Positions 48,825-57,424 of a stretch of DNA of 64,000 bases are shown here, piece by piece. Source of the stretch: a bacterium (GTDB taxonomy: Bacteria > UBA8248). The position numbers and the translations under genes are program-made. The first letter of the stretch is position 1; each line of letters begins with the position of its first letter. The notes under the pieces are model-generated. The model was not told where the DNA came from, did no database searches, and saw only the letters and a program-made list of their open reading frames with translations. The stretch covers positions 608,001 through 672,000 of the forward strand of contig CBDBEV010000001.1 in assembly GCA_965204535.1 (NCBI GenBank), given 5' to 3'.

Positions 48825-49097
48825 CTAGGTATCACTCTGGTTGCGGGAAGCCTTGTAGCGCTGGTTCATGCTCTGGGCGACCCCCGCCATGACGGCGGCG
48901 GTCAGGTCGAATGCGGCGTCGAGCGTCTCCTCGGAGAGGCCCGCTTTCCCGGCGTCCGCCAGGCGGCGGTCCACTCACGGCTGGCAGTTGCGCACGATGG
49001 CGACGGCCAGGCCCATGAGGATTTTCTCGCGGTCGGTGAGCAGGTCCACGTTGTGGGCGTCGCGGTAGAACTGGCGAAAATCGGCGCGCTCGGTCAT
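48825..49097 (-). CDS. AhpD/carboxymuconolactone-decarboxylase-like selenoprotein (CxxU), not in the ORF track
   Basis: GAGGAG RBS, then MTERADFRQFYRDAHNVDLLTDREKILMGLAVAIVRNCQP-TGA(48977-48975)-VDRRLADAGKAGLSEETLDAAFDLTAAVMAG…; the CMD pattern continues after the TGA. Hairpin CCGCC-GCCT-GGCGG just 3' of the TGA. Confidence 0.82.
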
Positions 49098-49200
49098 ATT
49101 CTCTCTCCTCGGGTGGCGAACGGCGGAATCGGTGGATTATAAGGGGGCGTATGCGCATTCTCAAACATTCTCGGACTTCTAGCGCCTTGTATCAAAAAGG

Positions 49201-49995
49201 ATGAACGATATGGATTTGGGACTTCACGGAAAAGCCGCCATCGTCACCGGCGGGAACTCTGGGCTCGGTCTCGCGGTCGCAAGAGAACTCGCGCGTGAGG
49301 GCTGCGACGTCTGCATCTGTGCAAGGAACGAGGAGCGCCTGGCGGCGGCGAAACAGGAAATTCAGTCGGTATCTGAGGGCGTCGTGCGCGCGATGCGCTG
49401 CGACGTAAGCGCCCCGGAAGACATCGCCCGCGTGGTGGAGGAGACGGTCGCCCTTTTCGGCACCGTGCACATCCTCGTGAGCAACGCAGGCGTGAGCACG
49501 ACGAAGGATTTTCTCGACGTCGAGCGTGCGGATTGGGATTACTCGATGCGCAGTATTCTCTTCGCGGCGGCCGAGTTCAGCCGCCTGGTGATCCCCTACA
49601 TGCAGAAGCAGAAGTGGGGCCGCATCATCATGACCGGCTCCACGAGCAGCCGCCAGCCCCGGCCCCGCCGCGCCGTCTCGAACGCGTCCAAGGCGGCGCT
49701 GCTCAACTTCACGAAATCCCTCGCCGGCGAGTTCGTGCGCGACGGCATTCTCGTCAACATCGTGAACCCGGGGCGCTTCAACACCCACTGGCCCGAGCGC
49801 ATCGCGAAGATGGCGGCGGAGGGCGGCCGCACCGAAGAGGAAGTCTACGCCGAGGTGACGAAGGACATCGCTATCGGCCGCCTCGGGGAAGCGGAGGAAT
49901 TCGCGGCGGCGGTGGCTTTTCTCGCCAGCGAGCGCGCGAGCTACATCACGGGTGCTGCGCTGCAGGTCGACGGGGGCGAGATGTCTTCGATTTGA
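49201..49995 (+). CDS. Short-chain dehydrogenase/reductase
   Basis: IVTGGNSGLG, LVSNAG, SNASKAAL, VNIVNPG and YITGAALQVDGG. Confidence 0.92.
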   Translation: MNDMDLGLHGKAAIVTGGNSGLGLAVARELAREGCDVCICARNEERLAAAKQEIQSVSEGVVRAMRCDVSAPEDIARVVEETVALFGTVHILVSNAGVSTTKDFLDVERADWDYSMRSILFAAAEFSRLVIPYMQKQKWGRIIMTGSTSSRQPRPRRAVSNASKAALLNFTKSLAGEFVRDGILVNIVNPGRFNTHWPERIAKMAAEGGRTEEEVYAEVTKDIAIGRLGEAEEFAAAVAFLASERASYITGAALQVDGGEMSSI

Positions 49996-50254
49996 GGGGA
50001 CATGGGGTGTAGTTGTAATTCCGTCGGGCTCGCTCGTGGATAAGATGTTGGCAACGTGTGAATTGATTTAGTATGTTTGTAATGCTACCCATCAGGCTCG
50101 CTTGGTGGTCCCCGTTGCCCCGCGGCGCGGGGAATTTTTATGGGGTATTCACCTGAGCATTTTTATGGTATTATCGTATTTTATTCGTATATTGAAATTT
50201 TGAATATCTATGTCCAGAATGGGTGAATACAGAAAGTCGAAAGGGGAGGGAGGC

Positions 50255-50686
50255 ATGACGTCGGTTTATGATGTCGCGGAATATATTCTATCGAAAACCG
50301 GCAGGATCACGACGTGGAAACTTCAAAAGCTTGTTTATTACGTGCAGGCTTGGCATCTCGTTTGGGATGAAGAACCTTTGTTCTCCGAAGAGATTCAGGC
50401 GTGGGCGAATGGTCCAGTGTGTCCCGATTTATACAAAAAGCATCAAGGGTTTTTCCATGTCTCCACGGTCCGGGCGAGTGCCGACGCATTGTCCGAGAGC
50501 GAGTGTGAGACCGTTGATGTCGTGGTGGCTCATTACGGGGAATACAGCGGTCAGCAGCTGAGCGATCTCACGCATTCCGAACCCCCATGGATGAACGCAA
50601 GGAAGGGTATTCCGACCAGGGAAAGAGGCAATCAGGTTATCTCACATGAATCACTGGCGGAATATTATGGCTCCCTCCAGGAATAG
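50255..50686 (+). CDS. Panacea/SocA-like (DUF4065) antitoxin
   Basis: DVAEYIL, KLQKLVYYVQAW, IQAWANGPVCPDLY and LSDLTHSEPPW. Confidence 0.88.
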   Translation: MTSVYDVAEYILSKTGRITTWKLQKLVYYVQAWHLVWDEEPLFSEEIQAWANGPVCPDLYKKHQGFFHVSTVRASADALSESECETVDVVVAHYGEYSGQQLSDLTHSEPPWMNARKGIPTRERGNQVISHESLAEYYGSLQE

Positions 50687-51164
50687 AGGTAGACGGCGAA
50701 AAACAATTCCCCGACAATCCAGCCCCTCAAGCAGGGAATCCGTCAAGGAAGTTCGTCAGGAAATAAGTGAATCTCATGAGCATCTGGTGATTTGCTGGCA
50801 CGTGGGCAAGATCGACTGGGATGGCCCGTGGGGCATGAGGGCTTGCGCAAATCTCGATTTCAGGCGCCTCGTCGACGAAACGATTTCAAACTGGGAAACC
50901 ATGACTTGGGCCGAGTTGTATCGGGCGAGCGGCGGTAGAAGGCGAGGCACCAACCATCATCCGATCCTCGTTTCGAAACTTTCCTCGACCGCAAAGAAAA
51001 GACTCAAAGACATCGAAGAAGACGACATCGAGACAATCGTATCATTGCGGATCAACTCCAGGGAAAGACTGTATGGAATCAGGGCCGGTCAGGTGTTTGA
51101 GGTGCTCTGGTACGATCCGTGGCACGACAATCGCAGCAAAGCCGTCTGCCCGACCAGAAAATAA
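50667..51164 (+). CDS. Putative cognate toxin (RelE-like nuclease fold by inference)
   Basis: Overlaps the antitoxin stop. Contains AKKRL…IVSLRINSRERLYGIR…FEVLWYDPWH. Confidence 0.6.
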   Translation: MAPSRNRGRRRKTIPRQSSPSSRESVKEVRQEISESHEHLVICWHVGKIDWDGPWGMRACANLDFRRLVDETISNWETMTWAELYRASGGRRRGTNHHPILVSKLSSTAKKRLKDIEEDDIETIVSLRINSRERLYGIRAGQVFEVLWYDPWHDNRSKAVCPTRK

Positions 51165-51194
51165 GGAAACCTCGCCGGGGAAGTTTTGGATGCG

Positions 51195-51569
51195 CTATGT
51201 CATCGCGGCGGTGAGTTGAAACCCCGCCCAGACGGCGAGGAGACACCCGACGACCGAGAGCGCCACGTAGAGCGCCGCGAGGAGCCAGTCGCCTTCCTGG
51301 AACATGAGGAGGGTCTCGAGGCTGAAGGCGGAGAACGTGGTGAACCCGCCCAACAGTCCGATCATCGTGAACAGGCGGACTTCTTCGCTAAGCAGTTCTC
51401 TCGAAACGAGCAGTTCGTAGGTGCAACCGATGATGAACGAGCCGATGACGTTGGCCGCCAGGGTGCCGAAGGGCCAGCCTGCGCCCAGTGATCTCTGCAC
51501 GAAGAGCGCCAGTCCGTAGCGCAGCGCACTACCGATCGCGCCGCCGCCCGCTACCAAAAGCCAGTTCAA
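51195..51569 (-). CDS. crcB: Fluoride channel Fluc/CrcB
   Basis: GGGAIGSALRY, WPFGTLAANVIGSFIIG and GLLGGFTTFSAFSLE. AAGGAG plus TTG start. Confidence 0.93.
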   Translation of the reverse strand: MNWLLVAGGGAIGSALRYGLALFVQRSLGAGWPFGTLAANVIGSFIIGCTYELLVSRELLSEEVRLFTMIGLLGGFTTFSAFSLETLLMFQEGDWLLAALYVALSVVGCLLAVWAGFQLTAAMT

Positions 51570-51701
51570 ACGAGGCTCCTTTCCGCCGTGTGGAATCCGC
51601 ACCGCCTTGGTCTCACCGAAAATGACACCATTGCGGATACGGCGCAAGAGTTTCGCTGTCCCTCGCTTTTCGGGCGCGTCTTTGTCTCCTAAAATGCCTG
51701 G

Positions 51702-52937
51702 ATGGATGAGACGAGCGTGAGCAACGCCCAAGAGGACTGGAAGGCGCAGCTAGGTGCGGAGTTGCGCGAACTCACCGAAGCCAACCTGCACCGGAATCTG
51801 CGCATCGTCGAGGGGATGCAGGGCCCCATCATGCGTTATGGCGGCAGGACCCTCGTCAATCTTTCGAGCAACAACTACCTGGGCCTCGCGGGCTATCCCG
51901 CCATCATCGAGGCGTCCGTCGAGGCGGCCAGAACCGCAGGCGCGAGCGGGGCCGCCTCCCCGCTCATTTCGGGTCACATGGCCGCCCACGAGGAGCTGGC
52001 GCGCGCGCTGGCCGCCTTCAAGCGAAAGGACACCGCGCTCGTCTTCGGCTCGGGTTTCCTGGCGAACCTGGGATTGATCACGGCCCTGACGGGTGAGGGA
52101 GACGCCGTTTTCAGCGATGCGTTAAACCACGCGAGCATCGTGGACGGCTGCCGGCTGTCGAGAGCGCGCGTCCACGTCTACCCACACGGGAGCCTCAATC
52201 GCCTGGAAGACGCCTTGAAAAAGGATTCCCGAGCGCGCCGGAAGCTCATCGTGACGGACGGCGTGTTCAGCATGGACGGGGATCTGGCGCCTCTGCCCGG
52301 AATCTGCGAACTCGCGGATAAATACAATGCCGTGCTCGTGGTGGACGACGCGCACGGCACGGGCGTCATCGGCGAGGGCGGCAGGGGGAGCGCCGCTCAC
52401 TTCGGTGTGGAGGACGGCGTTTCGGTGTCCATGGGCACGCTGGGCAAGGCGCTCGCCTCTTACGGCGCGTTCGCCTGCGCGGATTCAGAAGTGGTGGATT
52501 ACCTCATCAACAAGGCGCGGCCCTATATCTACTCGACGAGTCCCCCGCCCGCGGTGGCCGCCGCCTCCCGCGCCGCCGTTCGCGTCGCAGAAGGCGCCGA
52601 GGGGGAGCGCCGCCGGGAGAATCTGGCGAATCTCTGCGCGCGTTTTCGCGCCGGGCTTCGCTTTATCGGAGTGCGCCTGAACGAACCGCCGCCGGGTGCC
52701 GAGATTCCGATTTTCCCCATCATCATCAAGGATACGGAAAAAACGCTGGCGCTCGCGGAGTATCTAATGGAGGCGGGTGTCTACCTGCTCGCCATCCGCC
52801 CGCCCACGGTGCCCGAAGGAACCAGCAGGCTCAGGGCCACCCTCATGGCGACGCACACCGAAGCGCAGATCGACCGAACGCTCGACGCCCTGGAATCGGG
52901 TCTCAAGAAGCTGGGCCTTGCTCCCGGGGGTTGTTGA
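51702..52937 (+). CDS. bioF: 8-amino-7-oxononanoate synthase
   Basis: NLSSNNYLGLA, SGFLAN, LNHASIVDG, VFSMDGD, DDAHG, GTLGKA and AIRPPTVPEGTSRLR. Confidence 0.88.
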   Translation: MDETSVSNAQEDWKAQLGAELRELTEANLHRNLRIVEGMQGPIMRYGGRTLVNLSSNNYLGLAGYPAIIEASVEAARTAGASGAASPLISGHMAAHEELARALAAFKRKDTALVFGSGFLANLGLITALTGEGDAVFSDALNHASIVDGCRLSRARVHVYPHGSLNRLEDALKKDSRARRKLIVTDGVFSMDGDLAPLPGICELADKYNAVLVVDDAHGTGVIGEGGRGSAAHFGVEDGVSVSMGTLGKALASYGAFACADSEVVDYLINKARPYIYSTSPPPAVAAASRAAVRVAEGAEGERRRENLANLCARFRAGLRFIGVRLNEPPPGAEIPIFPIIIKDTEKTLALAEYLMEAGVYLLAIRPPTVPEGTSRLRATLMATHTEAQIDRTLDALESGLKKLGLAPGGC

Positions 52938-53148
52938 AAACCCCGGTCCCGATAGCGGGCGGCATGGAGGTTCACGCGGCGGCGGAGAGGAAGCCGGCTT
53001 GGCGCGAACTGGTGTGATCGGTCGTGTAGGGGCCGCATATATGCGGCCCATGGTCGGTAGGCGTAAAAGGCAGGGTCGCATGTATGCGACCCCTACAACT
53101 CCATATCCGTTGAACCGAATTACGAAATCAGGGCTTTTTCAACAAGCC
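52926..53148. mobile_element. MITE-like element carrying a GTAG-type REP pair
   Basis: Ends GGGGGTTGTTGAAAACCCC and GGGCTTTTTCAACAAGCC are inverted. Internal GTAGGGGCCGCATATATGCGGCCC … GGGTCGCATGTATGCGACCCCTAC. Confidence 0.65.
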
Positions 53149-53173
53149 TCTCAGGCACCGCTTGGCTCTCGCT

Positions 53174-54178
53174 CTAGTCGATTTCCACAATCACGTTGCC
53201 CACCGCCTCACCCGCTTCCACGGCCTCGTGCGCGCTTGCGAGTTCATCGAGCGGGAACCGCTCGGCGATGTGATGGGTGAGCGCGTCCTCATCCAGGGCG
53301 CGGGTGATGTCCGCCGCCGCATGGAGCAGAGCCTCCGGCGGACAGCAGTGGACCATCACGAGGCGGATGGTGATGTTGTTCAGCATGAGTTCGTAGTGGG
53401 GGAAGGGAGGCGTGCGATCCCCCATGGAGGAATAAGATGTGATGACCCCGCCGATTTTCAGGATCTTGTAGTTCGTCTCCCAGTTCACGCCCAGGTTCAC
53501 GTCCACCACGCGGTCCACGCCCGCGCCGTTCGTGATCTCCATGACTCTCTCGGCGACGTCTTCTTCTCGGTAGTTGATGACGTGATCGGCCTTGGTAGCG
53601 CGCGCCGCCTTGGCCGCCGAACTCACCGTGGCGATGACTTCCGCTCCCGCCCATTTGGCCAGTTGCACCGCGTAGACGCCCACGCGGCCCGCACCGCCCG
53701 TCACCAGCACCGACTTGCCCGCAACGGGGCCGTCCGCGAACAGGCAGCGGTGGGCCGTCATGGCGGGAATGCCGAGGCACGCGCCCTCTGCGAAGGTGGT
53801 TTCCTCAGGCAGACGCACCAGAAACTTCTCCGGCAGGCAGACGTATTGCGCCGAGGTGCCGAACGCGCGTTTGTAGCGCGCGTTGTAGACCCACACCCGA
53901 TCGCCGGCTTCATGGCCGACAGCGCCCGGTCCGATCTCCTCCACGACCCCCGCCCCGTCGTTATGGGGGATGATTCTCGGGAAATCGGGAAAATGCGCGA
54001 AATAGCCCCAATCCTCGGAACCAAGGCCAGCACGGCGCTTGCAGTCCGTGGGATTCACGCCAGACGCGTGGAGCCGCACCCTTATTTCCCCGGGGCCGGG
54101 TTCGGGCGCCGCCATCTCGCCGACTTCGACCACCTCGCGCGCCCCGCCCTTGCGCTCGTACCAACCCGCTCGCATCAC
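53174..54178 (-). CDS. NADPH:quinone reductase (MDR family)
   Basis: ASGVNPTD, IPHNDGAGVV, LGIPAMTAH and LVTGGAGRVG. Confidence 0.9.
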   Translation of the reverse strand: MMRAGWYERKGGAREVVEVGEMAAPEPGPGEIRVRLHASGVNPTDCKRRAGLGSEDWGYFAHFPDFPRIIPHNDGAGVVEEIGPGAVGHEAGDRVWVYNARYKRAFGTSAQYVCLPEKFLVRLPEETTFAEGACLGIPAMTAHRCLFADGPVAGKSVLVTGGAGRVGVYAVQLAKWAGAEVIATVSSAAKAARATKADHVINYREEDVAERVMEITNGAGVDRVVDVNLGVNWETNYKILKIGGVITSYSSMGDRTPPFPHYELMLNNITIRLVMVHCCPPEALLHAAADITRALDEDALTHHIAERFPLDELASAHEAVEAGEAVGNVIVEID

Positions 54179-54199
54179 TTGCGCTCTCCTTTGCCTGCC

Positions 54200-54628
54200 T
54201 TACCCGTGGGTGACCGAGACGCCCAGGTAAACGACGATGAGGGCGAGGATGAGGTTGAAGAGAAGCCACATCTTGCGCTGCGCCTTCATGCCCTCGAATC
54301 CCCTCGGGATGGTGAGCGCGACGCCCACGAAGATGATAACGAGCGCCAGGACGATTTTCACGATCAGCGATCCCGGAATGGCGAGGCCGCTCCGCACGAG
54401 GCGGGTTAAGTGGTGAAGCCCCGTCAGCAACAGGATCAGGAACGAGCCGTGGAGAATCGGGATGAACCGTTTCTGGATTTTCGCCATGAACGGCCCGCGC
54501 TCCGCTTCGGGCAAATCCGCCGCCGTGGGTATGACCACGAAACGGAGAAAGGCCACGCCGCCGACCGCAAGTATCGCGCTCAGGACGTGAAGGGTCGTGA
54601 TGATGATGCTTCCCGTGCTGTATCCCAT
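54200..54628 (-). CDS. Four-TM membrane protein (CopD/DUF2269-like)
   Basis: LHVLSAILAVGG, LLTGL and VKIVLAL helices. Confidence 0.65.
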   Translation of the reverse strand: MGYSTGSIIITTLHVLSAILAVGGVAFLRFVVIPTAADLPEAERGPFMAKIQKRFIPILHGSFLILLLTGLHHLTRLVRSGLAIPGSLIVKIVLALVIIFVGVALTIPRGFEGMKAQRKMWLLFNLILALIVVYLGVSVTHG

Positions 54629-54666
54629 GAGTCGCACTCCCGTTGATGATGAGGAAATTCTTTTCT

Positions 54667-55887
54667 TTAAGCCGTGTCCTCTCCCAGCAGAACGAGGACG
54701 CCGGAATACTGGTGGAGATGGTCGATTTTTCCGATGGGCGCGATCTCGGAACCCGTGAAGAACCCCGCGACGGGCAGCCCGCGCATCTTCTCTCTGATCG
54801 CTTCGGCGTCCACCTCCATCTCCCCGTAGAGGGAACTGCCCCGGCCCGCGCAGTTGAAGTAAAGGCCGAACGCGCTTGCGTCTGAATCCTCTGAAGCGCC
54901 GAAACGGTGCGCGCCTTTTTCCAGCATGGCGCGGAGGTCATCGCGCGCACGCGAGCCGTCCCGTTTGGCGAAGGTGATGGCCTGGCCGGTCTTGACCGGC
55001 GTCGGCAGCGCGATGACGCCGCGCTCCTCGTCCGCGCCCACGATGGGCCGCACGATGTACTCGCCGTGATCGAGGGTGACCTTGTCGGGGTCCCCCGGAA
55101 TGCCGATGAACAGGTTCATGGCGGCGAAGCGGATGTTCTCCATCCATTCGGGGCCCGCCGCCTCGGCGTAGGCGTCGTATGCCCGCTCGCCCGAGATTTC
55201 CCAGACGACGTTCTCCTCCGCCCGGGTAATGAGCCGGGGCTCGCCCACCGGCAGATAGGCCTGCGATATTCCGATGAACCGCCTGGATGCGCCCGCGAAT
55301 ACGACGCCCGAGACGGCGTTTGTCTGCACCTGCCCGTCCATGAACTGGAAGGTTCTCCCCGCGGAACCGTCCTCCGCGGCGCCGCCTCCCACGATGATGG
55401 CCTCCTCGCCCAGTTCCTCGTGAATTCCCTCGAAAAGCGCGTCGGCCTGGAGGTGATAGCTGTCGGGCATGATGACGACCAGGGGCGGGTTCCCGCGGGC
55501 GAGCGCGTCTCCCAGTTCTTTTTTCGCCGTCCGGCCGATGGCGCGTCCGCATTCTGCGGGCGCGTCGGAGAGGCTCTCGACCAGAAAAGGCGCTGCGGGC
55601 GGGGCGTCTCCGCCCACCGCCAGGACCGAGATTCCCGGCGTCCGCTCGATTTCGCCCTGCGCCGTCATGACGCCGAAGCCCGTGCAGCCCACGACCCGCG
55701 CACCGCCTGTTCCCTCGGCGACGGCGGCGACCACCTCGGGCCATCTGCTCAGGTGTCCCGGCGTCGCGAACAGGAAGACGAGGGAGGCGGCGTCGAGCTT
55801 CGCCTCCGCCATGGCTTCTTCTATCGCCTCTTGCGCGGCGGCGGCGGAGTCTGCGTTCGCGGAAAGGCCGCTGCCCGCGCGCGTCAT
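54667..55887 (-). CDS. FIST domain signal-transduction protein
   Basis: VVGCTGFGV, IVGGGA, ITRAEENVV, YFNCAGRG and GFFTGSEIAP. Confidence 0.9.
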   Translation of the reverse strand: MTRAGSGLSANADSAAAAQEAIEEAMAEAKLDAASLVFLFATPGHLSRWPEVVAAVAEGTGGARVVGCTGFGVMTAQGEIERTPGISVLAVGGDAPPAAPFLVESLSDAPAECGRAIGRTAKKELGDALARGNPPLVVIMPDSYHLQADALFEGIHEELGEEAIIVGGGAAEDGSAGRTFQFMDGQVQTNAVSGVVFAGASRRFIGISQAYLPVGEPRLITRAEENVVWEISGERAYDAYAEAAGPEWMENIRFAAMNLFIGIPGDPDKVTLDHGEYIVRPIVGADEERGVIALPTPVKTGQAITFAKRDGSRARDDLRAMLEKGAHRFGASEDSDASAFGLYFNCAGRGSSLYGEMEVDAEAIREKMRGLPVAGFFTGSEIAPIGKIDHLHQYSGVLVLLGEDTA

Positions 55888-56579
55888 GGAGATTCCTCAC
55901 GCATGAGCGCGCCGGGCGTCCCGTTCGTGATGAGTTTCGGTTCGCTCACCGCCTGTACGTCTTCTATGGTGAGGCCTTCGGCCACTTCTCTTAAGATGGG
56001 GCCGTCCGGCGTGAACTCGATGAACGCGATGTCGGTGAACAGCTTGGTGACCACCCGCCGCGCGGTGAGGGGATAGCTGCAATCTTCCAGGAGCTTCAGG
56101 CCGCCGTCCTTCATGGTGTGCGTCATGATGGCGTAGACCTCGCGCGCGCCCGCCGCCAGGTCCATCGCGCCGCCGATGCCGCCCTTGCCCAGGCCCGGTA
56201 CCGTCCAGTTGGCGAGGTCGCCACGGGCGGAGACCTGCAGCGCGCCCATGACGGCGATGTCGATGTGGCCGCCGCGTATCATGGCGAAGGCGTCGGCGTG
56301 ACCGAACACCGAAGCCCCCGGAAGGGTGGTGATGGGTTCGCGCGACGCGTTGATGTAGTCCTTGTCCTCCTGACCCTCCTCGGGCCTCGGGCCTGCCCCG
56401 ATGATTCCGTTCTCGGCCATGAACATCACACCGCGCCCGGCATCCACGTAATTGCCGACCAGCGTGGGGATGCCGATGCCCAGGTTCACCACCGCGCCGT
56501 CTGGCAGTTCCGCCGCCACGCGCCGGGCGATGTCGGCCGGCTTGAGGGCGCAGCTTTCAAGTTTCGGATCGGAGGTCAA
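55884..56579 (-). CDS. 3-oxoacid CoA-transferase subunit B
   Basis: VNLGIGIPT, AENG, MIRGGHIDIAVMGALQVS…GDLANW and GGAMDL. GAGGAG plus TTG start. Confidence 0.9.
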   Translation of the reverse strand: MTSDPKLESCALKPADIARRVAAELPDGAVVNLGIGIPTLVGNYVDAGRGVMFMAENGIIGAGPRPEEGQEDKDYINASREPITTLPGASVFGHADAFAMIRGGHIDIAVMGALQVSARGDLANWTVPGLGKGGIGGAMDLAAGAREVYAIMTHTMKDGGLKLLEDCSYPLTARRVVTKLFTDIAFIEFTPDGPILREVAEGLTIEDVQAVSEPKLITNGTPGALMREESP

Positions 56580-57246
56580 GGTCTTCTCCTCTGACGACTC
56601 TTTGCACGTATATCGAGGGCGTGTGCACGCTCTCGGGCGCGATGACGCCGGGTTCCACGATTTCCTCCACCTCGGCGATGGTGAGCGGGGCCGCGGTCGC
56701 CATGACGGGGTTGAAGTTCGCCGCCGTGCCCCGGTAGACGAGGTTTCCTGTGCGGTCGGCCTGGTGCGCCTTGATGACGGCCACGTCGCCGGGCAGGGGA
56801 TATTCGAGCACGGCATCGCGACCGTTTATCGTGCGGGTCTCCTTGCCCTCGGCCGCCTGCGTACCGACGCCGGTGGGCGTGTAGAAGGCGGAAACGCCTG
56901 CGCCCGCCGCCCGGATTCTCTCGGCCATGGTCCCCTGGGGGAGCTGTTCGAGCTCGATTTTCCCCTCGAGATAGAGCTCCCGGAACACGAACGCGCTCCT
57001 GTGGAAGGCGTAGCTGCAGATGATTTTCTTCACCTTCCCCTGCCGGAGCAGAACGGCCAGGCCGCGCTCGCCGAAGCCCGCGTGGTTCGTGACGACGGTC
57101 AGGTCGCGCGCGGGGTGATCGGCCATGGCGACCAGGAGGTTTTCCGGGATGCCCGCGCCGCCGAACCCGCCCAGCAGAATGGTGGCGCCGTCGGGTATGT
57201 CGGCGATGGCGGCTCTGGATGATGGGTATACTTTATCGGAGGCCAA
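56557..57246 (-). CDS. 3-oxoacid CoA-transferase subunit A
   Basis: ILLGGFGGAGIPENL, PQGTMAERIRAAGAG, AFYTPTGVGT, DRTGNL and VHTPSIYV. Start uncertain. Confidence 0.9.
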   Translation of the reverse strand: MASDKVYPSSRAAIADIPDGATILLGGFGGAGIPENLLVAMADHPARDLTVVTNHAGFGERGLAVLLRQGKVKKIICSYAFHRSAFVFRELYLEGKIELEQLPQGTMAERIRAAGAGVSAFYTPTGVGTQAAEGKETRTINGRDAVLEYPLPGDVAVIKAHQADRTGNLVYRGTAANFNPVMATAAPLTIAEVEEIVEPGVIAPESVHTPSIYVQRVVRGEDLDLRSET

Positions 57247-57424
57247 ATCGTCGTTCTCATGTTGAGGAAAAGTCCACGGTGCGCCGCTCGGCGCGAATTT
57301 CATTCTATTTATGCGGCATCGACCCGAAAAAATCCAGGCGGACCCCGGCTTGCCACCGGTCTCTCCGTGCCATAGAGTGCGGATTCATTTTTGCCGGGTG
57401 TGGTTTTCTTTTTTCGAGGAGTGC

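Noticed and set aside
51570-51660. Possible fluoride riboswitch upstream of crcB
   Set aside because: A GCAATGGTGTC start and a hairpin are present, but I cannot see the rest of the consensus. It needs an Infernal search.
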